DNA from: an uncultured bacterium
Lineage (GTDB): Bacteria > Acidobacteriota > Thermoanaerobaculia > Multivoradales > JAHZIX01
Direction of reading: 5' to 3'
Length of the DNA: 64,000 nt
Assembly (NCBI GenBank): GCA_965368975.1
Contig: CBDUPA010000002.1
Span: 480,001-544,000, forward strand
The translations under genes were made by a program, and so were the position numbers. Positions 22,037 through 30,961 of this stretch are shown here, one piece after another (the first letter of the stretch is position 1; each line of letters opens with the position of its first letter). Below the pieces are notes generated by a model. It saw only the letters and a list, made by a program, of their open reading frames with translations, was not told where the DNA came from and did not search any database.

Positions 22037-23356
22037 TCAGCCACTTCCCGGTGCAAGGACCTCAATCTCCAAATCGAAGGGCTGCGACCCCTGGTCGCTG
22101 AACCAGGTCACGTTCTCAGCCACCATGTCGAGTCTCACCCAGTAGGTCCCAGGCTCCGCCGGGACGGTCAAGTCGAGCTCGAGTTCGGCTTGCTGTCCCG
22201 GTTCCAGGTCCGTGGACAGGGCAGCACGACCCCATTCCCTCCAGACGCCTTGGGGCTCGCCGTCGACCTTCGGCCGTAGGCGCGCGCCGAGCAGAGTCTC
22301 GCCAGGGAACCGGCCGTCGCCGTGGAGCCACAGGGAGTCGCCGCTGTTGCGCACCTGGCACCGCCAGCTGAGCCGCGAGGCCGCGGCGGCGCTCGTCTCG
22401 GACGCCGTGTCGTGCAACAGCCGGATCTCGGCGGCGTGACGGCCCGGTTGACGGGTGGTGAGCTGGGTTTCGCCTTTGTAGAGCAGAATGAACTGGTTGG
22501 CCAACAGCTGGTCCTTCTGGTGGCGCCAGAAGTGCGAGAAGTGCTTGCCGCGCAGGAAGGCAGCTTGCTCGCTGGCTGGGATCTCCGGTGCCCTCAAGGC
22601 GACGGGCACGAAGGTGACGCGACTGAAGCCGGCGTCGAGGGCGGCGACTTCGAGATCTTCGAGGACCACGTCGTTTTCCAGCACAGCCGTCTCCTCCACT
22701 TCGCGCTGGCTGGTAGGCGCCGAGGAATGCTCGCGCCCCGGCTCGGACATCGCGACGATGCCGCCGGGACGCAGCACGCGCTGCATCTCACGCAACACAT
22801 CTCCGGGATTCGGGATGTGGTGGTAGGCGTCATGGATGACGATGCGATCGACAGAAGCAGCGTCGAGAGGTAGGCGGTAGCCATCGTAGGGCAAGAAGAG
22901 GGGGTCGAGATCCCAGCGCGTGCGGGCGTCGCGCTCGAACAGCTCACGGCCCAGTCGTAGAGCGGTGGCCGAGACGTCGACCGACACGGTCCGGCAGCCG
23001 TGGAGATTCAGGAAGTGGGAGATCCAGCAGCTGCCCGCCCCCAACTCGAGCACTCGGTCCCCCGGCCCAACCCGCAGGTAGTGCAACAGCACGCCCAGGT
23101 TGAAGAGGTAGCGCGGAAAGGCGAAGGGATCGCTGTACGGCTTGCCGAGCAGGTAGGCTCGATACGGCGCCTGCGCGAAGTACGCCTCGGCGGCGGCGTT
23201 GAGTTCGTCGGTGCGCTGCTCGATCTCGGACGCCCTATCGACACCAGCCGCCGCCGGCATTCGGATCTGCGGCCGTAGCAGTACCTGGACGGCGGCGTCG
23301 GTGAGTCGGCCGGTCAGCCGGCGGACGAAGCGGTGGAGCCAGGATCGCGATGCCAT
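22037..23356 (-). CDS. Class I SAM-dependent methyltransferase with C-terminal Ig-like domain
   Basis: VLELGAGSCW, VDVS, AYHH and VLRPGG motifs; C-terminal VRNSGDSLW...PGTYWVRLDMV beta-sandwich. Confidence 0.82.
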   Translation of the reverse strand: MASRSWLHRFVRRLTGRLTDAAVQVLLRPQIRMPAAAGVDRASEIEQRTDELNAAAEAYFAQAPYRAYLLGKPYSDPFAFPRYLFNLGVLLHYLRVGPGDRVLELGAGSCWISHFLNLHGCRTVSVDVSATALRLGRELFERDARTRWDLDPLFLPYDGYRLPLDAASVDRIVIHDAYHHIPNPGDVLREMQRVLRPGGIVAMSEPGREHSSAPTSQREVEETAVLENDVVLEDLEVAALDAGFSRVTFVPVALRAPEIPASEQAAFLRGKHFSHFWRHQKDQLLANQFILLYKGETQLTTRQPGRHAAEIRLLHDTASETSAAAASRLSWRCQVRNSGDSLWLHGDGRFPGETLLGARLRPKVDGEPQGVWREWGRAALSTDLEPGQQAELELDLTVPAEPGTYWVRLDMVAENVTWFSDQGSQPFDLEIEVLAPGSG

Positions 23357-23414
23357 TTCATGATTGTCTCATCCAGGCGCGCGGCGGTGCTACTGGTCTG
23401 TGGAGCAGTTTCGG

Positions 23415-23453
23415 CCATGCAGGAATCATGACGTGCCTTGATTCCTGGCATGG
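23415..23453. promoter_or_regulatory. Inverted repeat in the divergent methyltransferase/NRPS intergenic region
   Basis: CCATGCAGGAATCA-N10-TGATTCCTGGCATGG, with a one-base bulge. Confidence 0.45.
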
Positions 23454-23510
23454 GGCGGAGGACAATCGCGAGAGGAAGAGGCCCCTCAGGTCTCTCTGGA
23501 GGAGGAAATC

Positions 23511-26500
23511 ATGTCGACGTCGGATCCGTCGCGTCCGAATGGCGCGCAGACGCCGCAGCCTACGCTCAGCGGGACGCAGCAGCTCTTGGCCGCACAGCTG
23601 ACGGCCTTCAACCAGCTGGTGCAGAATCAACTGGCGGCGCTGCGTGGCGCTGGCGTGCGCAACCAGGCACCAGCAACGCAGGGCACGGCCGCGACGCAGG
23701 GGGCAGCCGCGACGCAGGGAGCACCGCCACCAGCTCCCACCGAGCCATCAACGACGACGCAAGCAGAGGCAACCCCAGCCGGAGACAAGAAGCTCGCCTT
23801 CTTCACCCGCCGCGACGGCAAACCCGGCCTGAAAGGTGCGACGGTGGGCGACGAGTCGCTGCGGCACGAGGTGCCGGACATCGTGCTCGAAGCGCGAGAG
23901 GAAGTGAAGTTCAGCTTCTACTTCTTCGGCAACTACCCGGCCGGCTTCCGCGACGACAAATACGACCTCCTTTTCCGGGCGGCGCGCTTCGCCGACACGC
24001 ACGGCTTCGAAGGGCTGTGGTTCCCGGAGCGGCACTTCCATCCGTTCGGCGGCCTGTCACCCAACGCGTCGGTACTGGCGGCAGCGCTGGCGCGGGAGAC
24101 GGAACGGGTGCGCCTGTGCTCCGGCAGCGTGGTGCTGCCCCTACACCATCCGGTGCGGGTAGCGGAGGAATGGTCCCTGGTGGACAACCTGTCCAAAGGG
24201 CGCGTGGGACTGTCCGTCGCGTCCGGCTGGCATCCCAACGACTTTGTGCTGGCACCGGAGAATTTCGGCAAGCACAAAGACCTGACGTTCGATCGTATCG
24301 ACATCATTCGGCGCCTGTGGCGCGGCGAGCCGGTGACGTTCCCGGACGGCGCCGGCAACGACTTTCCGGTGCAGCTCTTCCCGCGACCGCTGCAGCAAGA
24401 GCCGACCATCTGGATGACGGTGGTCAACAACCCGGAAACCTACCGCCGCGCGGGCGAGGTCGGCGCCGGGGTCTTGACCAACCTGATGTCGCAGACGCCG
24501 GAGGCGCTGGCGGACAACCTCAAGATTCACCGGCAGGCGCTGCTCGACCACGGGCACGACCCGGAGAAGGCCCCGGTGACGGTGCTGCTGCACACGTTCC
24601 TCGGCAGCGACCAGCAAGCCGTGATGGAGCATGCGCGCAAGCCGTTTCACGCCTACCTGGAATCGTCCGTGGGACTGTTCAAGAACATGGCGGCGGCACA
24701 CGGGGTGTCGGTCGATTTCGACCGCCTGAGCGAAGAAGACAACGAGTACTTGATGGACCTGGCCTACCAGCGCTACGCGGCGACCAGCGCGCTGGTCGGC
24801 ACGCCCGACACGTGCATGCCGATCGTCGAACGATTGCGCCAGATGGGGGTACACGAGATTGCCTGCCTGGTGGACTTCGGTGTCGACGCACCGTCCGTGC
24901 AAGAGAGCCTGCCCTTCGTCGACGAGCTACGACAGCGCTTCGAGGCCGAGGCAGTGCAACAGCGCGGACCGATGGACCTCCCCGCGCCGGCGGCACCGCC
25001 CTCGGCGATGTCTGCGACGACGCCCCAGCCGGGGCGCATCATGGACGCACGGGGAGCCCAGATAGAGGCAGACAGCTTCCCGCTCACCGGTTCGCAGCAG
25101 CAGCTCTACACCCTCGCCGCCTTCAGCCCGGCCGCCAGCGCCGCCTACAACGAGCACATGGTGCTGGAACTGAACGGTCCCCTGCAGCTGCCGGCGCTGG
25201 AAGCGGCGCTGGCACAGGTGGTGCTTCGGCACGAGGCGCTACGCACGGTGCTGGTGCCAACAGCGGGTGACGACAACGACCATCAGCGCGTGCTGCAGTC
25301 CGTGGATCTACGCCTCTCCCTGGTCGATGCAACGGGCCTGGGTGCCGCTGGCATCGAGATCGTATCCGAAGCGTGGCGCGCCGAGATCGGCGGTCGAGCG
25401 TTGGACCTGGAGCACGGGCCACTAGCCCGCATCGGCCTGCTGCGACTGGGCGGCGGACGTCACCTGCTGGCGCTGATCGTCCATCACACGATGGCCGATG
25501 GTCTATCGCTGGTGGTCGTGGGACGTGAGCTGCTGGCCCTCTACGATGCCTTCGCTAGCGGCACCGAGCCACCGGTGCTGCCAGCACCGATGTCCATCCG
25601 CGACTATGCCGCCTGGATCGACGCGGCGCTGGCGCAGCGCGACATCGAAGCCTGCGACGCCTGGTGGCGCCAACACATGGCGGCTCCGCTGCCGACCTTC
25701 GACCCACCGACGGACCGGCCACGACCGCCGGTGCGCAGCTTCGAAGGAGATCGCCGCTGGCTGCGTCTCGACGGCGACTTCCTACAAGCCGTGCGCGACT
25801 TGGGCGCCAAGCATGGCTGCACCCTGACCGTGACGCTGCTCGCCGCTTACGCCGAGGTGCTGCGGCGCTGGTGTGGCCAGGACGACGTCATCGTCGGCAT
25901 TGCCGCCGCGCATCGACCCGGCGGAGCCCAAGGTGAAGCGCTGGTGGGGCACACCACGGACGTCCTGCCGCTGCGCTGGAACCGCGCCGGTGAAGCCGGC
26001 GACCTCGACTTCGCCAACCACCTGAAAGCCACCCGTCACCTGCTCTTCGACGCCCAGGAGCACGACTGCGGCTTTCCGCACCTGCTGCGCCTGCTCGACG
26101 TCAAGCCCGAGCCGGGCCGCGGTTCGCTGGTGAGCACCATCTTCAACATCGACCCCGAGCTGCCGCTGCCTCCGTCCGGCGGCCTGCAGACGCGCGTTGG
26201 CGAACCGGTGTTCCGCAAAATCAAGTTCGACCTGGCGCTACATGTCGTCCCTGGACTTGCTGTCCCCAGTCTGGCCGCCCCCGGAGTTGCCGGCCCCGGA
26301 GCTGGAGAGGCAGGGTCGACCACCGGCAACCTGGCCTTCGGTCTCGACTACGTCACCGACCTGTTCGACGCCACCACCATGCAGCGCCTGCTCGGCCACC
26401 TGCACACTCTGCTCGACGCCGCCGTCGCCGACCCGGCACGACCGCTGACGTCGCTGCCCCTGTGCTCGACGGCGCAGCGGCAGCAAGCGCTCTACGAGTG

Positions 26501-28358
26501 GGGCGGCTACCGTCCTTTCGAGGTGGCTTTCGACCCCGAAGATCCAGAGCTGGGCGGCAACATTGCGCACCAGTTCCGACAGCAAGCGGCCCGCACCCCG
26601 GATGCCGTCGCGGTGGTGGCGGGACATTGCCACCTCAGCTACCGGGAGCTCGACCGCCGCGCCCACAGCCTGGCCGCACAGTTGGTACAGCTGGGCATCC
26701 GCCCGGAGACGCCCGTGGCTCTGTGCACCGAGCGCAGCCTGGAGCGCATCGTCGCCCTGGTCGGCATCCTCGCCGTCGGCGGCGTCTACCTGCCGCTCGA
26801 CCCCGCCGACCCCGCGCGACGCCTCGGCTACCTACTCGACGACACCGGCGTCCAGCTGGTCCTCGGCACCGGCGAGCAGCTCGACCGCCTGCCGCTGGAC
26901 GAATTGGACGAACGCGACATCGAGATGCTGGAGCTGGAGGAGCTGGACGTGCACAACGAGGTGGAGAGCGCACCGCTTCCCGCCTGCCACCCCGACCAGC
27001 TCGCCTATATCGTCTACACCTCCGGCTCGACCGGCCAGCCCAAAGGCGTCCGCGTGCCGCACCGCGCCGTCCTACGCCTGGTACAGCGCACCGACTTCGC
27101 ACGCATGGACGCGGACGAAACCTGGCTGCACGCCGCGCCACTCGCCTTCGACGCCTCGAAGCTCGAAATCTGGGGCGCCCTGCTGCACGGCAGCCGCCTG
27201 GTGCTGCTGCCGCCCGGCAAGCAAGACCTGGCGTCGATCGCGCGCGTGATCGAACGCGGTGGCATCTCCTCCGCCTGGTTGACGGCAGCGCTGTTCCAGC
27301 AGATGGTGGAACAGCAACTGCCAAGACTGGGGGGTCTGCGTCAATTGCTGGCGGGCGGCGATGTCCTCGCTCCGGACGCTGTGCGCCGGCTGCTCGAAGT
27401 CCACGACAGCCTGCGATTGATCGACGGCTACGGCCCCACTGAAAACACCACCTTCACCACCTGCGGCCCGGTCGATCGCCCCGAAGACGTCGGCACCACG
27501 GTGAGCATCGGCCGCCCGATCGCGGGGACCCGGATCTTGGTGCTGGACGAGAACAGCCAGCCCGTGCCGCCGGGTGTGCCCGGGGAGTTGCTGGCGGCGG
27601 GAAGCGGCCTGGCACGCGACTACCTAGCGCAACCGGCCCTGACCGCCGAGCGCTTCGTGCCGAATCCATTTCCAGGCGCCCCGGGAGAACGCGTCTACCG
27701 CACCGGCGACCGTGCCCGCTTCTTCGCCGACGGCCGCCTCGACTTCCTAGGCCGCATCGACCAGCAGGTCAAAGTGCGCGGCTTCCGCGTCGAACCGGGC
27801 GAGATCGAAGCGGTACTCGGCGAGCATCCGGAAGTGTCGCAGGCAGCGGTGGTGCTGCGTCGGGATGAGGAGGACCAGAGCCTCGTCGCCTTTGTGTCGC
27901 CACGTGAGTTGCTAGCCGGGGATGGGGAAGTGTCGCCAGAACTGGCGCAAAGCCTGACGGCGACAATCCGGACCTACCTGGAACATCGCCTGCCGCCATA
28001 CATGGTCCCGTCCGTCTTCGAAGTGCTGCCGCGCCTGCCGGTGAACGCCAACGGCAAACTGGACCGGAAGGCACTAGCGAGCCTGGCTGAAGGAGCGCAG
28101 ACGGCATCGGCCGCGGTGAAGATTGCGCCGCGGACACCGCTGGAGACGCGACTGACAGAGATGTGGTGCGAGGTGCTGAAGCGGGACGAGGTCGGGGTGA
28201 CGGAGAACTTCTTTGACCTCGGCGGACATTCTTTGCTGGCGACGCGGTTGTTGTACCGCGTGCACCAGGCGTATGGCGTCGAGTTGCCGATGCTGGAGCT
28301 GTTCCAACATCCGACGATCGAGGAGTTGGCGGCGCGGGTGGAGGGTGTGCGGGGGTAG
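23511..28358 (+). CDS. Monomodular NRPS: luciferase-like monooxygenase (MupA/Atu3671-type)-C-A-PCP, no release domain
   Basis: LLM motifs PERHFHPFGG and SGWHPNDF; C-domain HHTMADG; A-domain YTSGSTGQPKG, GYGPTE, YRTGD and NGKLDR; PCP FFDLGGHSL; GGAGGAGG RBS. Confidence 0.92.
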   Translation: MSTSDPSRPNGAQTPQPTLSGTQQLLAAQLTAFNQLVQNQLAALRGAGVRNQAPATQGTAATQGAAATQGAPPPAPTEPSTTTQAEATPAGDKKLAFFTRRDGKPGLKGATVGDESLRHEVPDIVLEAREEVKFSFYFFGNYPAGFRDDKYDLLFRAARFADTHGFEGLWFPERHFHPFGGLSPNASVLAAALARETERVRLCSGSVVLPLHHPVRVAEEWSLVDNLSKGRVGLSVASGWHPNDFVLAPENFGKHKDLTFDRIDIIRRLWRGEPVTFPDGAGNDFPVQLFPRPLQQEPTIWMTVVNNPETYRRAGEVGAGVLTNLMSQTPEALADNLKIHRQALLDHGHDPEKAPVTVLLHTFLGSDQQAVMEHARKPFHAYLESSVGLFKNMAAAHGVSVDFDRLSEEDNEYLMDLAYQRYAATSALVGTPDTCMPIVERLRQMGVHEIACLVDFGVDAPSVQESLPFVDELRQRFEAEAVQQRGPMDLPAPAAPPSAMSATTPQPGRIMDARGAQIEADSFPLTGSQQQLYTLAAFSPAASAAYNEHMVLELNGPLQLPALEAALAQVVLRHEALRTVLVPTAGDDNDHQRVLQSVDLRLSLVDATGLGAAGIEIVSEAWRAEIGGRALDLEHGPLARIGLLRLGGGRHLLALIVHHTMADGLSLVVVGRELLALYDAFASGTEPPVLPAPMSIRDYAAWIDAALAQRDIEACDAWWRQHMAAPLPTFDPPTDRPRPPVRSFEGDRRWLRLDGDFLQAVRDLGAKHGCTLTVTLLAAYAEVLRRWCGQDDVIVGIAAAHRPGGAQGEALVGHTTDVLPLRWNRAGEAGDLDFANHLKATRHLLFDAQEHDCGFPHLLRLLDVKPEPGRGSLVSTIFNIDPELPLPPSGGLQTRVGEPVFRKIKFDLALHVVPGLAVPSLAAPGVAGPGAGEAGSTTGNLAFGLDYVTDLFDATTMQRLLGHLHTLLDAAVADPARPLTSLPLCSTAQRQQALYEWGGYRPFEVAFDPEDPELGGNIAHQFRQQAARTPDAVAVVAGHCHLSYRELDRRAHSLAAQLVQLGIRPETPVALCTERSLERIVALVGILAVGGVYLPLDPADPARRLGYLLDDTGVQLVLGTGEQLDRLPLDELDERDIEMLELEELDVHNEVESAPLPACHPDQLAYIVYTSGSTGQPKGVRVPHRAVLRLVQRTDFARMDADETWLHAAPLAFDASKLEIWGALLHGSRLVLLPPGKQDLASIARVIERGGISSAWLTAALFQQMVEQQLPRLGGLRQLLAGGDVLAPDAVRRLLEVHDSLRLIDGYGPTENTTFTTCGPVDRPEDVGTTVSIGRPIAGTRILVLDENSQPVPPGVPGELLAAGSGLARDYLAQPALTAERFVPNPFPGAPGERVYRTGDRARFFADGRLDFLGRIDQQVKVRGFRVEPGEIEAVLGEHPEVSQAAVVLRRDEEDQSLVAFVSPRELLAGDGEVSPELAQSLTATIRTYLEHRLPPYMVPSVFEVLPRLPVNANGKLDRKALASLAEGAQTASAAVKIAPRTPLETRLTEMWCEVLKRDEVGVTENFFDLGGHSLLATRLLYRVHQAYGVELPMLELFQHPTIEELAARVEGVRG

Positions 28359-28362
28359 TGAG

Positions 28363-30918
28363 TCATTCCTCTGGGCTCCACTTTTCAAGCACAGCCAAAC
28401 GGACCTCGTGTCGTTCTGGAAGCTTGGCCACACAGCGAAGGAGCTCCTCAACAAAAGTAGTGAGCCGAGTCGTGTCGCCAAGAGCTTCCAGCGTTAGGGA
28501 AAGATTGTGTATCAAACGCAGGGAGTCTGGGTGCTCTCGACCAAGAACACGGCGGCTGATCTTGAGTGTCGCCAACTGATGATCACGTGCACCTACATAG
28601 TCACCAAGACAGCGAAGCGTTTCAGCAAGGTTGTTGCGCGAACTAAGGGTGGCCGGATGCTCTTCGCCCAAGACTCGACGACGGACCTCTAGAACAGCTG
28701 AATGCTCATCTCGAGCCTTTCCATACTCCTCTAGTGACCGAAGTGTTTCGGCAAGGTTGTTGCGCGAATGTAAAGTGCTCGGGTGCTCGTCACCAAGGGT
28801 ACGGCGACTAATTGCTAACGTTGCCGAGTGTTCACATCGAGCACCGGCGTAGTTGCCAAGAGAGCGAAGGGTCTCGGCAAGATTATTTCGCGAACGAAGC
28901 GTGTCTTGGTTCTCTTCGCCCAGGACACGACGACGCACTTCTAAAACTGCTGCATGCTCATCTTGAGCGGCCGCATAGTCACCAAGAGAACGAAGAGTCT
29001 CTGCAAGATTGCTGCGAGAATGGAGCGTGGACGGGTGTTCTTCACCCAAGAGACGGCCATAGACCTCAAGTGTTGCTGAGAGTTCATCTCGAGCACCGGT
29101 GTAGTCACCAAGCGCACGAAGAGTCGCGGCAAGATTGTTGCGCGAACGTAGTGTAGCTTGGTGCTCTTCACCTAAAACACTGCGGCAGACTTCTAGAGCC
29201 CTTACTTCGAGCTGCCTTGCCACTTTGTAGTGCCCTATCGCAAAAACATAGAAACCCGTTTTCCGCAGAATTCGAGCCGGATTCACTTTGAAGACATCAA
29301 GGTCAACCTTCCTCCAGTGTTTGTCTGTTGCCTGGACCTGCGGTAACAACCGCTGGAACTGTGGCCAGCTGATCGGCTCATCAGGTCTTCCCGCTGGCAT
29401 AGCGGCATCGAGTGCCCTGTGAGCACACTCCAGTGCCCCGTTCCATTCTCCAGCAGTTTCTAACTGCGCCAGCATCACCTCCTGCACTAGTCGGTGTAGC
29501 GAGAGCGTACGAGCTATTCGGTCCCAAGTCACCAAGGAATAGCGCTGTAACGGTGCCAACACCAACTCAGCAAAGGTCAATGGACACTGCAAATCTTCCT
29601 TGACTTCAGCAGCAGCAGGTCCGAGGTACTCGCCGCCTTGGCTGAAGATCTCTGCAGGGATGTCGAATGGCGCATAGAAAGCACAAGCCCTTAACACTTC
29701 GGCTGCAACCGGGGCAGTCTTCTCCAGCGGCTTGAAGCTGAGGTTCCATGTAGTCGCCACCGTCGCCGGATAGTCTCCAAACTGCGGCGCCTCCTTGTCC
29801 AGCAGCTTCAGACGTCGCTTCCGATACGCAGCGAGGTAGTCAGCAAAGCTGACTTCGTGAATATCGACATAGGCACCTGCTTGCTCCAAAGCCAACGGTA
29901 AGTAACCGAGTTCCTCCGCCAACTCCTCGGCAGCTGACCGAGCACCCGCATCCCTCCTAGCTCGCCGAAGAAGCAGATCCGTCGCCTGCTCCGACGGCAG
30001 TACACCCACTCCAAGCGGCTCCTGCCCAAAACCCTGGATCTTCCGATCACGCGACGTCACCAGCAGATGCCCCGAACTAGCAGCCGGCCTGAGAGGTCGA
30101 ATCTCATCGGGCGCATCAACGTTGTCGAGCACCAACAGCCAGTCGCCTCGTTCCGACAACCAATGTTGAAACATCTCTGCAGCTTCGTCGACTGGTGTCT
30201 CTCGGGTGGTGATTTTGAGTCGCTGCGCCATCTGCGCATAGCTGGCTCGCAGCGCGTCAGCAGAAGAAGCATCCGCCCAGAAGACATACGGATAGTCAGC
30301 GCGATGGCGATAGCAAAACTCGACCGCCGTCTGAGTCTTACCGATGCCACCGAGCCCTGTGATCGCCTGCGTCGAGGCCACACGCTTGGCCGCGGCAAGT
30401 CGCCGTTCCAGCTCCTCCAGTAACTCCTCCCGCCCCGTGAAGAACGGATTGCGAGGCGGCACGTTCCAGAAAGTTCGCGGCTCCTCGTCTGGTCCGAAGA
30501 AGCGGGCTTTGACCAGCGGATACTCACGAACTCTCTTGTCAAACGACGTGAGCCCCCAAACTTTCAGCTCGAACTCGCCCTGAATCACCTCGACCAGATG
30601 TTCTTCCGTCTCACGACTGACCGGACAGGTCGCCGCCAGCAAGTAGACATCCGGCGAGGGTGTCGGCGGCTTCCTGAGCACCTTCCTCACTTCGTCGGCA
30701 GCCTGCGCCTTGCCGAAGCGTTGCACACGCTTCGCCTGCGTCACCCATCGCCGCCCATCCGGCGCAGTGCTGACGACATCGCAGCCATCCTCACTACCTG
30801 CATCGCCCCAGTGGCGCACCTCCCTATGCCCCATGGCTTCAAGCAACCAGTGACACAGCTCCTCGAACTGCCTCGGAGACAGCTCGAAGTAGTTGAGATG
30901 GTGCTCGGTGTAGGCCAT
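28363..30918 (-). CDS. STAND/NLR-like protein: Mrr-like PD-(D/E)XK nuclease, NB-ARC and TPR repeats
   Basis: N-terminal FEELC...DGCDVV...QAK; GLGGIGKT, LLVLDN, LVTSR and LPLAL motifs; about six 42-aa repeats of NNLAETLRSLG...LGEEHP. Confidence 0.88.
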   Translation of the reverse strand: MAYTEHHLNYFELSPRQFEELCHWLLEAMGHREVRHWGDAGSEDGCDVVSTAPDGRRWVTQAKRVQRFGKAQAADEVRKVLRKPPTPSPDVYLLAATCPVSRETEEHLVEVIQGEFELKVWGLTSFDKRVREYPLVKARFFGPDEEPRTFWNVPPRNPFFTGREELLEELERRLAAAKRVASTQAITGLGGIGKTQTAVEFCYRHRADYPYVFWADASSADALRASYAQMAQRLKITTRETPVDEAAEMFQHWLSERGDWLLVLDNVDAPDEIRPLRPAASSGHLLVTSRDRKIQGFGQEPLGVGVLPSEQATDLLLRRARRDAGARSAAEELAEELGYLPLALEQAGAYVDIHEVSFADYLAAYRKRRLKLLDKEAPQFGDYPATVATTWNLSFKPLEKTAPVAAEVLRACAFYAPFDIPAEIFSQGGEYLGPAAAEVKEDLQCPLTFAELVLAPLQRYSLVTWDRIARTLSLHRLVQEVMLAQLETAGEWNGALECAHRALDAAMPAGRPDEPISWPQFQRLLPQVQATDKHWRKVDLDVFKVNPARILRKTGFYVFAIGHYKVARQLEVRALEVCRSVLGEEHQATLRSRNNLAATLRALGDYTGARDELSATLEVYGRLLGEEHPSTLHSRSNLAETLRSLGDYAAAQDEHAAVLEVRRRVLGEENQDTLRSRNNLAETLRSLGNYAGARCEHSATLAISRRTLGDEHPSTLHSRNNLAETLRSLEEYGKARDEHSAVLEVRRRVLGEEHPATLSSRNNLAETLRCLGDYVGARDHQLATLKISRRVLGREHPDSLRLIHNLSLTLEALGDTTRLTTFVEELLRCVAKLPERHEVRLAVLEKWSPEE

Positions 30919-30961
30919 CAAGACTCGCTGTGCTCGAAAGTCTCGGGCAGGCCTTAGAAAG

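Noticed and set aside
28363-30918. FxSxx-COOH RiPP system (a common automatic label for such TPR proteins)
   Set aside because: No FxSxx precursor peptide, radical SAM or HEXXH gene nearby.
20088-30961. Prophage or integrative element at dusB
   Set aside because: No integrase, transposase, phage genes or flanking direct repeats recognised.
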